Source: a virus
Lineage: Duplodnaviria; Caudoviricetes
IMG/VR virus record: IMGVR_UViG_3300050159_000048
Length of the DNA stretch: 64,000 bases
Strand: one strand, 5' to 3'
Part shown: piece after piece, positions 9,483 through 18,664 of the stretch
Layout: each line of letters opens with the position of its first letter
Position numbering within the stretch: position 1 is the stretch's first letter
Notes under the pieces: model-generated
Told to the model about the DNA's origin: nothing
What the model saw: the letters and a program-made list of their open reading frames with translations, nothing else
The model's database searches: none
Program-made: the position numbers and the translations under genes

Positions 9483-10478
9483 CAGAATGTGCGGGTAAAT
9501 TGACCGAATTACCGATTTTTGAGCATACGCTTTTCCCTGAGCATAGTACAATTCAGGTTGTGAGCTGTTAATGTACCCAAGGTCGATATACTGGTCATAG
9601 ACTCGGTCCACATTTGTGTGAGGAGAGCGACTCAGTAGTAGCAGCACTTCACCGGGCTGCGGTTGGCCCGATCCGTTGAAACTGTATGGGTAGAATAATG
9701 AACCGTTGGAGATTGCGCCAACAGAGAAATACAGTGGCGCGTTCGGAGTCGTCACGATGTTGAAACTACGTAGAATGTATTGATTACCGTTGGCAACAAT
9801 ACTCTCATACCCAGCCCAAGGCGAGTTGATTGACGGCACATAGTCAATACCAACATATTCAATGGTGTTGTTGGATGAGCTACCTGAGTAGAATGTGACA
9901 CCCAAACTAACCATTGGCGAAGTTGCCAACGTAGCAATCGTAATTTCGCCCGCATTTGTAGAAATCTGGACTGGGGCAGTATCGGAACTGGTTGACGACA
10001 GAGCCATTGGATTCACAGTGTTTTCCGATGACAATGCGATGCATTGTACCAATCCTGATACAGCAACGTCAAACGTCAGGATGACCGTGTTCGAGTCAAC
10101 GATTTGAGTACTCGTTGGAGTTCCGGGCTCTAGTGTGGCACTACCAGAGGAGGTGTCGCGATACACGTATACGTGTAGAATTGGACGGTTTGCTAGATTA
10201 TGCTTTACAATCCATTGATTGGATTGTACAGGTTGTTCGTGAGTGTACAACACCTTGCGTTGGTGCCAATCTTGCAAACCTTCTACCTCAGGAGGGAACG
10301 CTGGCGTGGCGTTAATCTCTTTGGTCTGAGTTACACGGTTTAGCTTACCTTGGCAGTTGTAAGTAATGATGCAGCGCTGCATCACTTCCATTCCCTGCTT
10401 ATTTGCAGGGACACGGACGCGACGCTTGCACGTCGTGCATTCATATACGCTTTCACCTTTGACTACAACTGCTGGCAT
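9474..10478 (-). CDS. Hypothetical beta-rich, probable virion structural protein
   Basis: N-terminal CxxC, WIVKHNL..RP motif seen in tail/baseplate proteins; S/T/N-rich. Confidence 0.55.
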   Translation of the reverse strand: MPAVVVKGESVYECTTCKRRVRVPANKQGMEVMQRCIITYNCQGKLNRVTQTKEINATPAFPPEVEGLQDWHQRKVLYTHEQPVQSNQWIVKHNLANRPILHVYVYRDTSSGSATLEPGTPTSTQIVDSNTVILTFDVAVSGLVQCIALSSENTVNPMALSSTSSDTAPVQISTNAGEITIATLATSPMVSLGVTFYSGSSSNNTIEYVGIDYVPSINSPWAGYESIVANGNQYILRSFNIVTTPNAPLYFSVGAISNGSLFYPYSFNGSGQPQPGEVLLLLSRSPHTNVDRVYDQYIDLGYINSSQPELYYAQGKAYAQKSVIRSIYPHILLT

Positions 10479-10480
10479 GA

Positions 10481-10795
10481 TTACATCATTTCAAGACGAT
10501 CTAGCTGACCAGCTAGAATGATTTTGGATGTGCGTTCCAAATAAGCCTTTTCCAGGTTGGCTGGGACCTTGACTGCGAACGACATCACGGTGTTCAGGTT
10601 GAATACATGCTGACCTTCAGCGTCAACCAGACTGTGAGGGAATAGATCCAGTACAACCGACTCGCCACGTTGCATTGGACGGATCACCAATGGTTGTTCC
10701 AGTGTGATTGTGTTTTGTTCGAGGTTGCGTTCAACAACACGCCCGATAACTTCTGCACCAGCGATGGTGACAAACAGCATTAGTTCTGTATTCAT
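10481..10795 (-). CDS. Hypothetical protein (possible Sm-like fold)
   Basis: G.EVIGRV...ITLEQPLVI pattern common in T4-like phages. Confidence 0.55.
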   Translation of the reverse strand: MNTELMLFVTIAGAEVIGRVVERNLEQNTITLEQPLVIRPMQRGESVVLDLFPHSLVDAEGQHVFNLNTVMSFAVKVPANLEKAYLERTSKIILAGQLDRLEMM

Positions 10796-10803
10796 AGTAT
10801 ACC

Positions 10804-11388
10804 TTATTTGTTATGATTAGTATTTAGTAGCTTACCGTATCCGTCACACGCACTGGCTCGGACCGCATAGTAGTACGGAATCCCATACAGTATCACCTCC
10901 GCGTCGGCAGAAATGCCTTCGTGAAGGTTATGCGTGACGTATGTGTACCTCACAACATCTGCAATGATGGAGGAGGCTTCTGCCTTGTCGTCTAGCTCTT
11001 CAACCAGGGCGGTTAGAGCCGTTTGGTAAGCCGTATTTGATTCATGTACTTCTTTGCTGTACATGAACTGATATCCGTCGATTGGGAAGACGTAGAACGG
11101 CTCTGTGTTTTGAGGCAGGGATGGAGTGTTTGGGTAAGCAAAGATTGCGCGTTGGCGAATATTACTGAACTGCTTACCGAATGCCATATTAAACGCGTCG
11201 GACACGTCGTCTTTGCGTTTTTGTTGGCGAACTTTCACCTTGTGAAAGTTGTGATACGTCACTGGGAGAGCTTTGAGTAAAGGCAATCCAGCCGACTCTT
11301 TTAGGAACTGTGCGCAATCAGTCTTGATCTTTTGCACCTCGCGAATTCCAAGACCAACGCTCGTTCCAATAATGTCCTCAATGAGCAT
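10804..11388 (-). CDS. Hypothetical late protein
   Basis: ORF with CTAAATA at 11407-11413 and GGAA SD. Confidence 0.65.
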   Translation of the reverse strand: MLIEDIIGTSVGLGIREVQKIKTDCAQFLKESAGLPLLKALPVTYHNFHKVKVRQQKRKDDVSDAFNMAFGKQFSNIRQRAIFAYPNTPSLPQNTEPFYVFPIDGYQFMYSKEVHESNTAYQTALTALVEELDDKAEASSIIADVVRYTYVTHNLHEGISADAEVILYGIPYYYAVRASACDGYGKLLNTNHNK

Positions 11389-11406
11389 ACTTTCCCCTTT
11401 GACGGG

Positions 11407-11413
11407 TATTTAG
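11407..11413 (-). promoter_or_regulatory. Late promoter CTAAATA
   Basis: Upstream of 11388 start. Confidence 0.5.
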
Positions 11414-11438
11414 GGCTCATTGAGGACGTTTCTGCGCC

Positions 11439-11804
11439 TTAGTTTTGGTAAGACGTTTCAGTTTGCTCAGCAGCCAGGTCTTGAATGGTCTGGTCGATGA
11501 ACGCATTGCAATCAGCAATGTGCTTCTGCATCATGCAGCGAGGGCCTTGTACGACCTCGTTCAGCCGGTACGCAAACTCAGTTTGCATCAGATACAAGCG
11601 GTTGGCACCACCGTTCTTCGAACGGAAAGGACGCTCCATACGAGCGGTTGCTTGATTGAAGGCAGACGACAGGTAACGAACGATCTGACCGACGTCCTTT
11701 TCCTTCACGGGTTCTTTTTCTGTCATAATGGTTCCTATGACGGGTTTATCAAGAGATAGCGCATCAACGCTATCAGCGGGTTTTTGCGAGAACGCACGAC
11801 TCAT
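11439..11804 (-). CDS. Hypothetical protein
   Basis: ORF divergent from dCMP deaminase. Confidence 0.55.
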   Translation of the reverse strand: MSRAFSQKPADSVDALSLDKPVIGTIMTEKEPVKEKDVGQIVRYLSSAFNQATARMERPFRSKNGGANRLYLMQTEFAYRLNEVVQGPRCMMQKHIADCNAFIDQTIQDLAAEQTETSYQN

Positions 11805-11938
11805 TATGCGGAAAAGAATTCGGGGGACAACAGTGTTGTTCTTACCGCTAAAAGCAGATACAGTATAACTATGCGAAATTTAGAGGGTTTTTGAACCCCC
11901 GCTATTGAAGAAAAACAAGAACACTAAATAGCCAACCT

Positions 11939-12349
11939 ATGAAACTACGACAAGCAATTGCCCACATGCAGGCGGCATACATTTACGCATCTTTATCGTA
12001 CTGTGTTCGCAGGCAAGTGGGGTGTGTTGTGGTTCGTGATAACCGAATCATCTCTATTGGGTACAACGGCACACCTGCAGGAGAAGACAATACTTGCGAA
12101 GCTGAAGACGGTAGCACAAAGTCCTGTGTCATTCATGCTGAAGACAACGCTCTACGTAAATTAGAGCGTTGTGGTGAGACTGCTGAGGGCGCCACATTAT
12201 TCGTCACGACCGCGCCGTGCAAGACGTGCGCTGAAAAGATCGCAGCACACAACGTTAGTCAAGTGCTATACGACGATCTGTATCGGAACGACGACGGAAT
12301 CCGTTACTTGCAATCTGTAGGGATTGCAATTGAACAAATGACCACATAA
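11939..12349 (+). CDS. cd: dCMP deaminase
   Basis: S.C.RRQVGCV, GYNG, HAEDN, PCKTC. Confidence 0.95.
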   Translation: MKLRQAIAHMQAAYIYASLSYCVRRQVGCVVVRDNRIISIGYNGTPAGEDNTCEAEDGSTKSCVIHAEDNALRKLERCGETAEGATLFVTTAPCKTCAEKIAAHNVSQVLYDDLYRNDDGIRYLQSVGIAIEQMTT

Positions 12350-12373
12350 CAACTACAAGAGGAAAACACCCCC

Positions 12374-14182
12374 ATGTCTCAAGACACATATTTGGGCATT
12401 AACATTGACCTATCACGAGACGCGCTTCTGGACGAAATCGGCATCCAGCGCTTGAAGGACTCGTACCTGATGGAAGATGAAACATCTCCCCAGCACCGAT
12501 ACGCGTACGTATCCAAGGCTTTCGGTAGCAATCCGGAACATGCACAGCGACTCTATGAATACGCCAGCAAGCATTGGATGGGTTATTCTACTCCCATCCT
12601 GTCGTTTGGTCGTAATGCTTCTGGCTTGCCGATCTCGTGCTTCCTGGTCAACGTTCACGACTCCAAGGAGGGTCTAGTTGAAGCCCTATCCGAAACCAAC
12701 TGGCTGTCGATGCTAGGCGGTGGTGTGGGCGTTTACTTCGGTATTCGTGGCACAGACGAAAAGTCGGTTGGTGTCATCCCCCACATGGGTGTGTATGACC
12801 GCTCTTGCTTGGCTTATAAGCAGGGTACAACACGTCGCGGTAGCTACGCGATGTATCTCGACATCAGTCACCCCGACATTCTCGAATTCCTTGATATGCG
12901 CAAGGAAACTGGTGACCAGAACCGTCGAGGTTTGAACCTTCACCACGGTGTAAACATTCCTAACAGCTTCATGGAAATCATTGAGCGTTGCATGCGCGAT
13001 GCCAATGCCGATGACTCGTGGGAGCTGCGCGACCCTGCTTCAGGTAAGGTTCACGAAGTTGTTTCAGCGAAGGATCTGTGGGTTAAGTTACTCGAACTAC
13101 GGGCCGGCCAAGGTCGTGGTGAGCCATACATCCACTTCGTCGACAATGTTAACAACGCTGTCAAACCATACTTGAAGGACAAAGGTTACAAGGTTGTCCA
13201 ATCAAATCTGTGCTCGGAAATCGAGCTGATGACTGACAAGGACACCACAGCTGTGTGCTGCCTGTCATCAATCAATCTGGAACATTGGGACGAATACTGC
13301 GACAATTACCAATTCTTCCGCGATATTGCAGAAATGTTGGACAACGTGTTGCAATACTTTATCGACAACGCCCCTCCGTCGATTGCTCGAGCAGTCAAGT
13401 CAGCTCGCGAAGAACGCAGCATTGGTATTGGTGTGATGGGTTTCCATTCATATCTGCAGAAGAACATAATCGCGTATGACGGCGTGATGGCAAAGGCTGC
13501 AAATAACCGCATCTTCACCCGGTTCCAAGCTCAACTGGATCGCGCCAATGCTGATCTCGGCGCTGAACGCGGTTCGCCTAAGTGGCTTGAAGGCACAGGT
13601 CTGCGGTTTGCGCACATGAGCGCGATCGCCCCAACGGCCAGCAATGCTCTGATCTGCGGTAATGTGTCGCCTTCAACCGAAGCATGGCGCGCTAATGCAT
13701 TCCGCCAAGACACATTGTCTGGTACGTTCATTCAGAAGAATAAGCATTTGGACGAACTACTAAAGAAGTTGGATGCTGATGGGGCGTGTGATTACCAAGA
13801 AGCTTGGCTGAAGATTGTTCAAGCCGAAGGTTCTGTTCAGGGACTGGAGTGTTTGTCGGATATTGAGAAGGATGTCTTCAAAACGGCTTCAGAAATTGAT
13901 CAGCTGTGGGCAGTTGAGTTGACGACTGATCGTCAACCCCGCATTGACCAGGGCCAGTCGTTCAACATCTACATTCGTCCAGATATCAGCATCGCTAAAC
14001 TGCACGCCATTCACTTCTCCTACTGGAAGAAGGGTGGCAAGGCCATGTACTACGTGCGCACAGAAAAGCTGGCTAACACAGACACAGTCGGCAAGAGGGT
14101 TGAGCGAGTCCGCATTGAAGAGGAAATCGACCAGTTGCGACAAATTGCTGAAGGCGTTGATTGCATCGCGTGCGAAGGCTAA
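12374..14182 (+). CDS. nrdA: Ribonucleotide reductase class Ia alpha subunit (no N-terminal ATP cone)
   Basis: STPIL, PISCF, SNLCSEI, IAPT, YYVR, C-terminal CIACEG. Confidence 0.97.
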   Translation: MSQDTYLGINIDLSRDALLDEIGIQRLKDSYLMEDETSPQHRYAYVSKAFGSNPEHAQRLYEYASKHWMGYSTPILSFGRNASGLPISCFLVNVHDSKEGLVEALSETNWLSMLGGGVGVYFGIRGTDEKSVGVIPHMGVYDRSCLAYKQGTTRRGSYAMYLDISHPDILEFLDMRKETGDQNRRGLNLHHGVNIPNSFMEIIERCMRDANADDSWELRDPASGKVHEVVSAKDLWVKLLELRAGQGRGEPYIHFVDNVNNAVKPYLKDKGYKVVQSNLCSEIELMTDKDTTAVCCLSSINLEHWDEYCDNYQFFRDIAEMLDNVLQYFIDNAPPSIARAVKSAREERSIGIGVMGFHSYLQKNIIAYDGVMAKAANNRIFTRFQAQLDRANADLGAERGSPKWLEGTGLRFAHMSAIAPTASNALICGNVSPSTEAWRANAFRQDTLSGTFIQKNKHLDELLKKLDADGACDYQEAWLKIVQAEGSVQGLECLSDIEKDVFKTASEIDQLWAVELTTDRQPRIDQGQSFNIYIRPDISIAKLHAIHFSYWKKGGKAMYYVRTEKLANTDTVGKRVERVRIEEEIDQLRQIAEGVDCIACEG

Positions 14183-14344
14183 CATGAAAGGTCCCAGGGG
14201 AACTCAAGGCGTATGTTTCGAACCATCGAAAAGGGCTCCGTGAGTTCCCTGGGACGATTTGGTCATCTTCAAGTGTGAGTGATGCAAGAAGTGGACCACC
14301 CGAAAGACCCGGAAATCAAAACAAGATAGAGAACTGGACCTATA

Positions 14345-15349
14345 ATGGTTAAGACTAACAAGAAAACAAAACTAACAGACACCCGCGCAACGTTCAAGCC
14401 GTTTGCGTACCCCAAGTGCTATGAACTGTGGCTCAAGCACGAACAGGTTCATTGGCTGCATACTGTGATCCCAATGCAGCAGGACGTGTACGACTTCAAG
14501 AAGCGTCTGTCTGAAGGCCAGAAGGACTTCCTTACGCAGATCCTGCGTCTGTTTACACAAGGCGATGTGGACGTCGCGGCTGGCTACGTGAACAACTACT
14601 TGCCGGTATTCCCACAGCCGGAAGTACGGATGATGTTGCTTGGGTTTGCAGCTCGTGAGGCTGTTCACATTGCTGCGTACAGCCATCTACTGGAAACCCT
14701 CGGCTTCCCGGACACTACGTACAATGAATTCATGGAATACAAGGCGATGGCCGATAAGCATGACTTTATTGCACAAATTACGCAGTCTGGCGATAACGCT
14801 AAGGTGATCCAGCAGATGTGTGCCATTAGCGCGTTTACTGAAGGCATGCAGTTGTTTAGTTCGTTTGTCATGTTGCTGAACTTTGGACGCAACAACATGA
14901 TGCCAGGCATGACCAAGATTGTCACATGGTCAATCATTGACGAAACGATGCACTGTGAAGGTATGACGTACCTGTTCCGTGAGTTTGTGAAAGAGAACAA
15001 GGACATCTGGAATGACGATCTGAAGCGTGAGTTGTATACGATCGCTGAAAAAATGGTTGAACTCGAGGATGCGTTCATCGACCTTGCATACAGCAAGCTG
15101 GATCCGTCAGAGTTCAAGCAGCAACTGTTGAAGGCTGACATGCATGCATACATTCGCTACATTGCTGACCGTCGGTTGATCGGGATGGGGCTGAAGGGCA
15201 TCTTTAAGCACAAGAAGAATCCGCTTCCGTGGGTTGACGAAATGCTTGCGCTGCCATCACACACCAACTTCTTCGAACAAACTGAGTCTAGCTATTCCAA
15301 GGGTGCGCTGCAAGGGACTTGGGATGATGTGTGGGGTGTGCTTAAGTAA
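14345..15349 (+). CDS. nrdB: Ribonucleotide reductase class Ia beta subunit
   Basis: FTQGDVDV, REAVHIAAY, EGMQLFSSF, DETMH, NFFE. Confidence 0.97.
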   Translation: MVKTNKKTKLTDTRATFKPFAYPKCYELWLKHEQVHWLHTVIPMQQDVYDFKKRLSEGQKDFLTQILRLFTQGDVDVAAGYVNNYLPVFPQPEVRMMLLGFAAREAVHIAAYSHLLETLGFPDTTYNEFMEYKAMADKHDFIAQITQSGDNAKVIQQMCAISAFTEGMQLFSSFVMLLNFGRNNMMPGMTKIVTWSIIDETMHCEGMTYLFREFVKENKDIWNDDLKRELYTIAEKMVELEDAFIDLAYSKLDPSEFKQQLLKADMHAYIRYIADRRLIGMGLKGIFKHKKNPLPWVDEMLALPSHTNFFEQTESSYSKGALQGTWDDVWGVLK

Positions 15350-15369
15350 GCTGAGCGGACACTTAGATC

Positions 15370-15397
15370 AAAAAAAGGGGCGTTGTCGCCCCTTTTT
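15370..15397 (+). terminator. Intrinsic terminator
   Basis: aaaaaggggcg-ttgt-cgccccttttt. Confidence 0.85.
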
Positions 15398-15433
15398 GTT
15401 TTGGGGTATACTGGATCAGAAGGAGTATTTGAT

Positions 15434-15940
15434 ATGATTGAAATTACAGAAATCAACATAGACCTGGACGGAGTCATGGTAGACTTTCGGAAAAAGGCGC
15501 TGGAAGTCGCCGGAATTGTCCCCGAACACGACCCCAACAACAAGCAACTGCGTCGCGACTTTTGGAAGCACATTGAGATGCATGTTCGATCCGGCAAGCC
15601 TTTCTTTGGTGCGATGGATCCCATGGAGGACGCGTTTGTGTTGTGGGGGTATTTGTTGGCCTCTGGCAAACCTCTGGTGATCAACTCAGCAACAGGACAC
15701 ATTCGTGGTGCTAGTGAAGAGAAGCGGTACTGGGTGCGAAAGCATCTCGGTCACGATGCTGCGAACGCGGCACGCTTCGTGCGCGATGCAGTAATGAAGT
15801 CGCAATATGCGCATCACACCAAGGTCCTGATTGACGATCGCAGGAAGGCAATTGATCCTTGGGTCGCGGCTGGTGGGATTGGAATACTACATACTAGTGC
15901 TGTAGAAACCATTGAGCAACTGAAGTTGCTAGGAGTATAA
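15434..15940 (+). CDS. HAD-family 5'(3')-deoxyribonucleotidase-like protein
   Basis: DLDGVMVDF, LIDDRRKAIDPWVAAGGIGILH; start after AGGAG. Confidence 0.88.
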   Translation: MIEITEINIDLDGVMVDFRKKALEVAGIVPEHDPNNKQLRRDFWKHIEMHVRSGKPFFGAMDPMEDAFVLWGYLLASGKPLVINSATGHIRGASEEKRYWVRKHLGHDAANAARFVRDAVMKSQYAHHTKVLIDDRRKAIDPWVAAGGIGILHTSAVETIEQLKLLGV

Positions 15941-15942
15941 TT

Positions 15943-16323
15943 ATGGGATATGAGGCTTTTGTATTGACGGAAGCATCTCGGGCGAGTTTGCTCGAGCAGT
16001 TTCCGCCAAAGTTCCCTGATGTGATCGCGCATCACATCACACACCGATTTGGTGTGCATAAGCCGGCAGAGATGCCGGCTCCTACACCTACGTCATTTGA
16101 GGTCGTAGGTTATGCTGCTGATGACAGCCTGGAAGCATTGGTTGTTCGTAAGCGTACCGCCGTCGGACAGAATCGTCCGGACGGTAAACCCTACCACATC
16201 ACGTGGTCGTTGGATCGTTCAAAGGGACGTAAGCCCGTTGATTCCAACGCGGTCATTGCGAACGGGTTTGAGCCGATCGATAAGCCAGTTATCGTGGCGG
16301 CTCAGTTCCATTACATTGATTAG
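15943..16323 (+). CDS. 2H phosphoesterase
   Basis: Two HxT motifs: HHIT and YHITWS. Confidence 0.75.
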   Translation: MGYEAFVLTEASRASLLEQFPPKFPDVIAHHITHRFGVHKPAEMPAPTPTSFEVVGYAADDSLEALVVRKRTAVGQNRPDGKPYHITWSLDRSKGRKPVDSNAVIANGFEPIDKPVIVAAQFHYID

Positions 16324-16574
16324 TAGTCGTCAGAATAGCGACTAGTTTTGGTGTGCTTAGAAGAGGAGGCTTGATATTCGTCAGCCTCCTCTTCGTCCAT
16401 CTGCTGAGTGTAAGCAGCCCACTCGTGCACCGTGTCGAACGACTTGTATTCAAACGGATCCCAGACAGAACCGTCGTCGGGATCGATTTCGATCCCGTAT
16501 TCTTCCATCAGTTGTTCAACGGACATAACGTGTGCGTCATGCAGAACAGTACTCTGCATGTGGTGCTTTGACAT
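16320..16574 (-). CDS. Small acidic hypothetical protein
   Basis: AGGAG SD; AATAAATA at 16613-16620. Confidence 0.6.
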   Translation of the reverse strand: MSKHHMQSTVLHDAHVMSVEQLMEEYGIEIDPDDGSVWDPFEYKSFDTVHEWAAYTQQMDEEEADEYQASSSKHTKTSRYSDDY

Positions 16575-16625
16575 GGAAACTCCTAGAGGGGATTGTTAGT
16601 ACTACGAGTGGATATTTATTTCAAA

Positions 16626-17972
16626 TCACAGAGTTGCGTAGATGTTTTTGGTATAGTTACCCAAAATCTCTTGCAATTCAGAGATATAAACCTTCTTCCG
16701 TTTGTCTTCGGAAGACAACAGATCGAGATATGTTTGCAGCTCAGCTTCCGCATCCTTGATTCGCTGCTCATTTTTGAGGCGCTCCTCTTCCGTGAAACGG
16801 TAAATGGGCAGATCAGCAATGTAATCAATGTGGACGATGCCAATACCGGCCAGCAATTCCTTTAGTTCAGACCGTGACTGAGTCTTGCCAGCAGTTGCAC
16901 TGATCTTGTGCTTGATTGCGGTGCGGATGTCGTAGTACCGCTGCAGGTCTAGCTTGATCAAGTCACGCAACCGCTCATAACGCTGCACGTACCACCCAAG
17001 ACGCCAATCCGTAAATTGACGAATCAAATCTACGGGATTGGTGCTCATAATGCTATCCCCAGAGAAGTCAACCAGATTCAAGTTCTCTGTGTGGCGGCAC
17101 GTCAGCTTCAACATCTGAATGAGTGTTTCTTCGGTGTAATCCTTCAGAAATCCACGTCGGAATTTGACATCAATGTTGATTGTATTGCGTGAATTATCGA
17201 CGTAGTCAACGAGCGTGTCACCTTCGAGAAGGGCGTCAAGACTTTCGAGGAATTTCGCGTGAGATAGTCCGTACGGAAGGGATGTTACCTTTGCTTCGGT
17301 TGTGTTCTTGATTACAACCGAACCAGAGAATACGTACACGTTATCCTTCACCGGGATTCCCGCCTGCTGCAGAGGCATGAACTTGGGGAGCGGTGAAGAG
17401 ATACGTTTAGCACCCTTCAGGTGGGCGATTTGGGCTAGAATGATGTCATCTAAGGCACGAGGCAAGATCGATGTCGCATACCCCAACGCAATGCCTTCGG
17501 CTGGGTTGATCATGGATACAGGAACCAATGGCAAGAAATGGGTCGGTTCATCCACCGTGCCATCATAGTTCTTCTGCATAGGAACAACTTCAATGTCGCG
17601 GAAGACCACATCCTTGGTGAATTTGGATACTTCGACGGAGGTGTATCGACTTGCACCGTATGCCTTGGGAGCTAGCAGAGTACCGAACGATCCATGCTTC
17701 CTGAACAGAGGAATGTTGTTGCCGTACGGAGCAGCCAGCGTATCGATGGCTCCTTCTGGTGCATCGTGCGGGTGCAGCGGCATTGCGGCACCTGCAAGAG
17801 TGGCGCTTTTGTATTTGTGGCCATCACGAGCAATCCACAAAACGCGTCGCGCCCCTGATTTCAGACCGTCAGCTGCTGACGGAATGGCACGCTGTTGCAT
17901 CACGTATAGAGCGTAACTCCGTCGGCAATCATTGACGTATTGTGAGCCTTGCTTCTTGGTCGTCTTACTCAT
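16626..17972 (-). CDS. DNA topoisomerase II small subunit (gp52/GyrA-like)
   Basis: DGLKSGARRV, HPH, catalytic ASRYT, GIALGYAT. Confidence 0.95.
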   Translation of the reverse strand: MSKTTKKQGSQYVNDCRRSYALYVMQQRAIPSAADGLKSGARRVLWIARDGHKYKSATLAGAAMPLHPHDAPEGAIDTLAAPYGNNIPLFRKHGSFGTLLAPKAYGASRYTSVEVSKFTKDVVFRDIEVVPMQKNYDGTVDEPTHFLPLVPVSMINPAEGIALGYATSILPRALDDIILAQIAHLKGAKRISSPLPKFMPLQQAGIPVKDNVYVFSGSVVIKNTTEAKVTSLPYGLSHAKFLESLDALLEGDTLVDYVDNSRNTINIDVKFRRGFLKDYTEETLIQMLKLTCRHTENLNLVDFSGDSIMSTNPVDLIRQFTDWRLGWYVQRYERLRDLIKLDLQRYYDIRTAIKHKISATAGKTQSRSELKELLAGIGIVHIDYIADLPIYRFTEEERLKNEQRIKDAEAELQTYLDLLSSEDKRKKVYISELQEILGNYTKNIYATL

Positions 17973-18664
17973 TTTTGTTCTAGATAGTTGCGAGCTTGAG
18001 CACACACGTCACGCAGATTGCGAGGTGCGCTGCCAGTATGTTCAACGCAGATGTTGATGTTCCACGGATTTGCAAGCCATTGGTGAATATGACCGTGCAC
18101 GTTCACGCTGTTGGCCGGAACACTATCCATCGGATAGTGGGTGAAGTGTAGTTGGTATTCAACACCATCGGGTTCAACAATCGATACAGGAAGGCACAGG
18201 TGTCGTTCGTCGAAATCGAGTTCGTACAGCGTGCCGTCGCGATGCATGTCATGGTTGCCGACAATTTGGATTTTGTACCCAGGCAAACTATGCAGAATGT
18301 CATTCATAGCATTTACGCTACCAAAACAAACGTCTCCACCAAAGATTACAATGTCTTCCGGCCCAACAACCGCCAGGTAATTTGCAATCATCACCGCATT
18401 CATCTCTTCCTTGGAAGCAAAAGGACGCAACGGTGCTGTGTACTTGATGATGTTATTGTGACCAAAATGAGTATCGCTCCACACCCAAACATCCCCGCGA
18501 AACGGGTCAATTGACGGTGCGGAACTCTCTTGCTTTACGTATGGAGTGATTGCCTTCCACGCAGCAATGTTCCGCACTTTAGGCGTATCACGCCCGTGAT
18601 GCACGTCGGGGAGTGTGAGGTCGTCCAGATACCACTTGGTTAGGACTTCTTGGGTAATCTTCAT
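17969..18664 (-). CDS. Calcineurin-like metallophosphoesterase
   Basis: SDTHFGH, GDV, GNHD, THYP, HGHIH. Confidence 0.92.
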   Translation of the reverse strand: MKITQEVLTKWYLDDLTLPDVHHGRDTPKVRNIAAWKAITPYVKQESSAPSIDPFRGDVWVWSDTHFGHNNIIKYTAPLRPFASKEEMNAVMIANYLAVVGPEDIVIFGGDVCFGSVNAMNDILHSLPGYKIQIVGNHDMHRDGTLYELDFDERHLCLPVSIVEPDGVEYQLHFTHYPMDSVPANSVNVHGHIHQWLANPWNINICVEHTGSAPRNLRDVCAQARNYLEQK

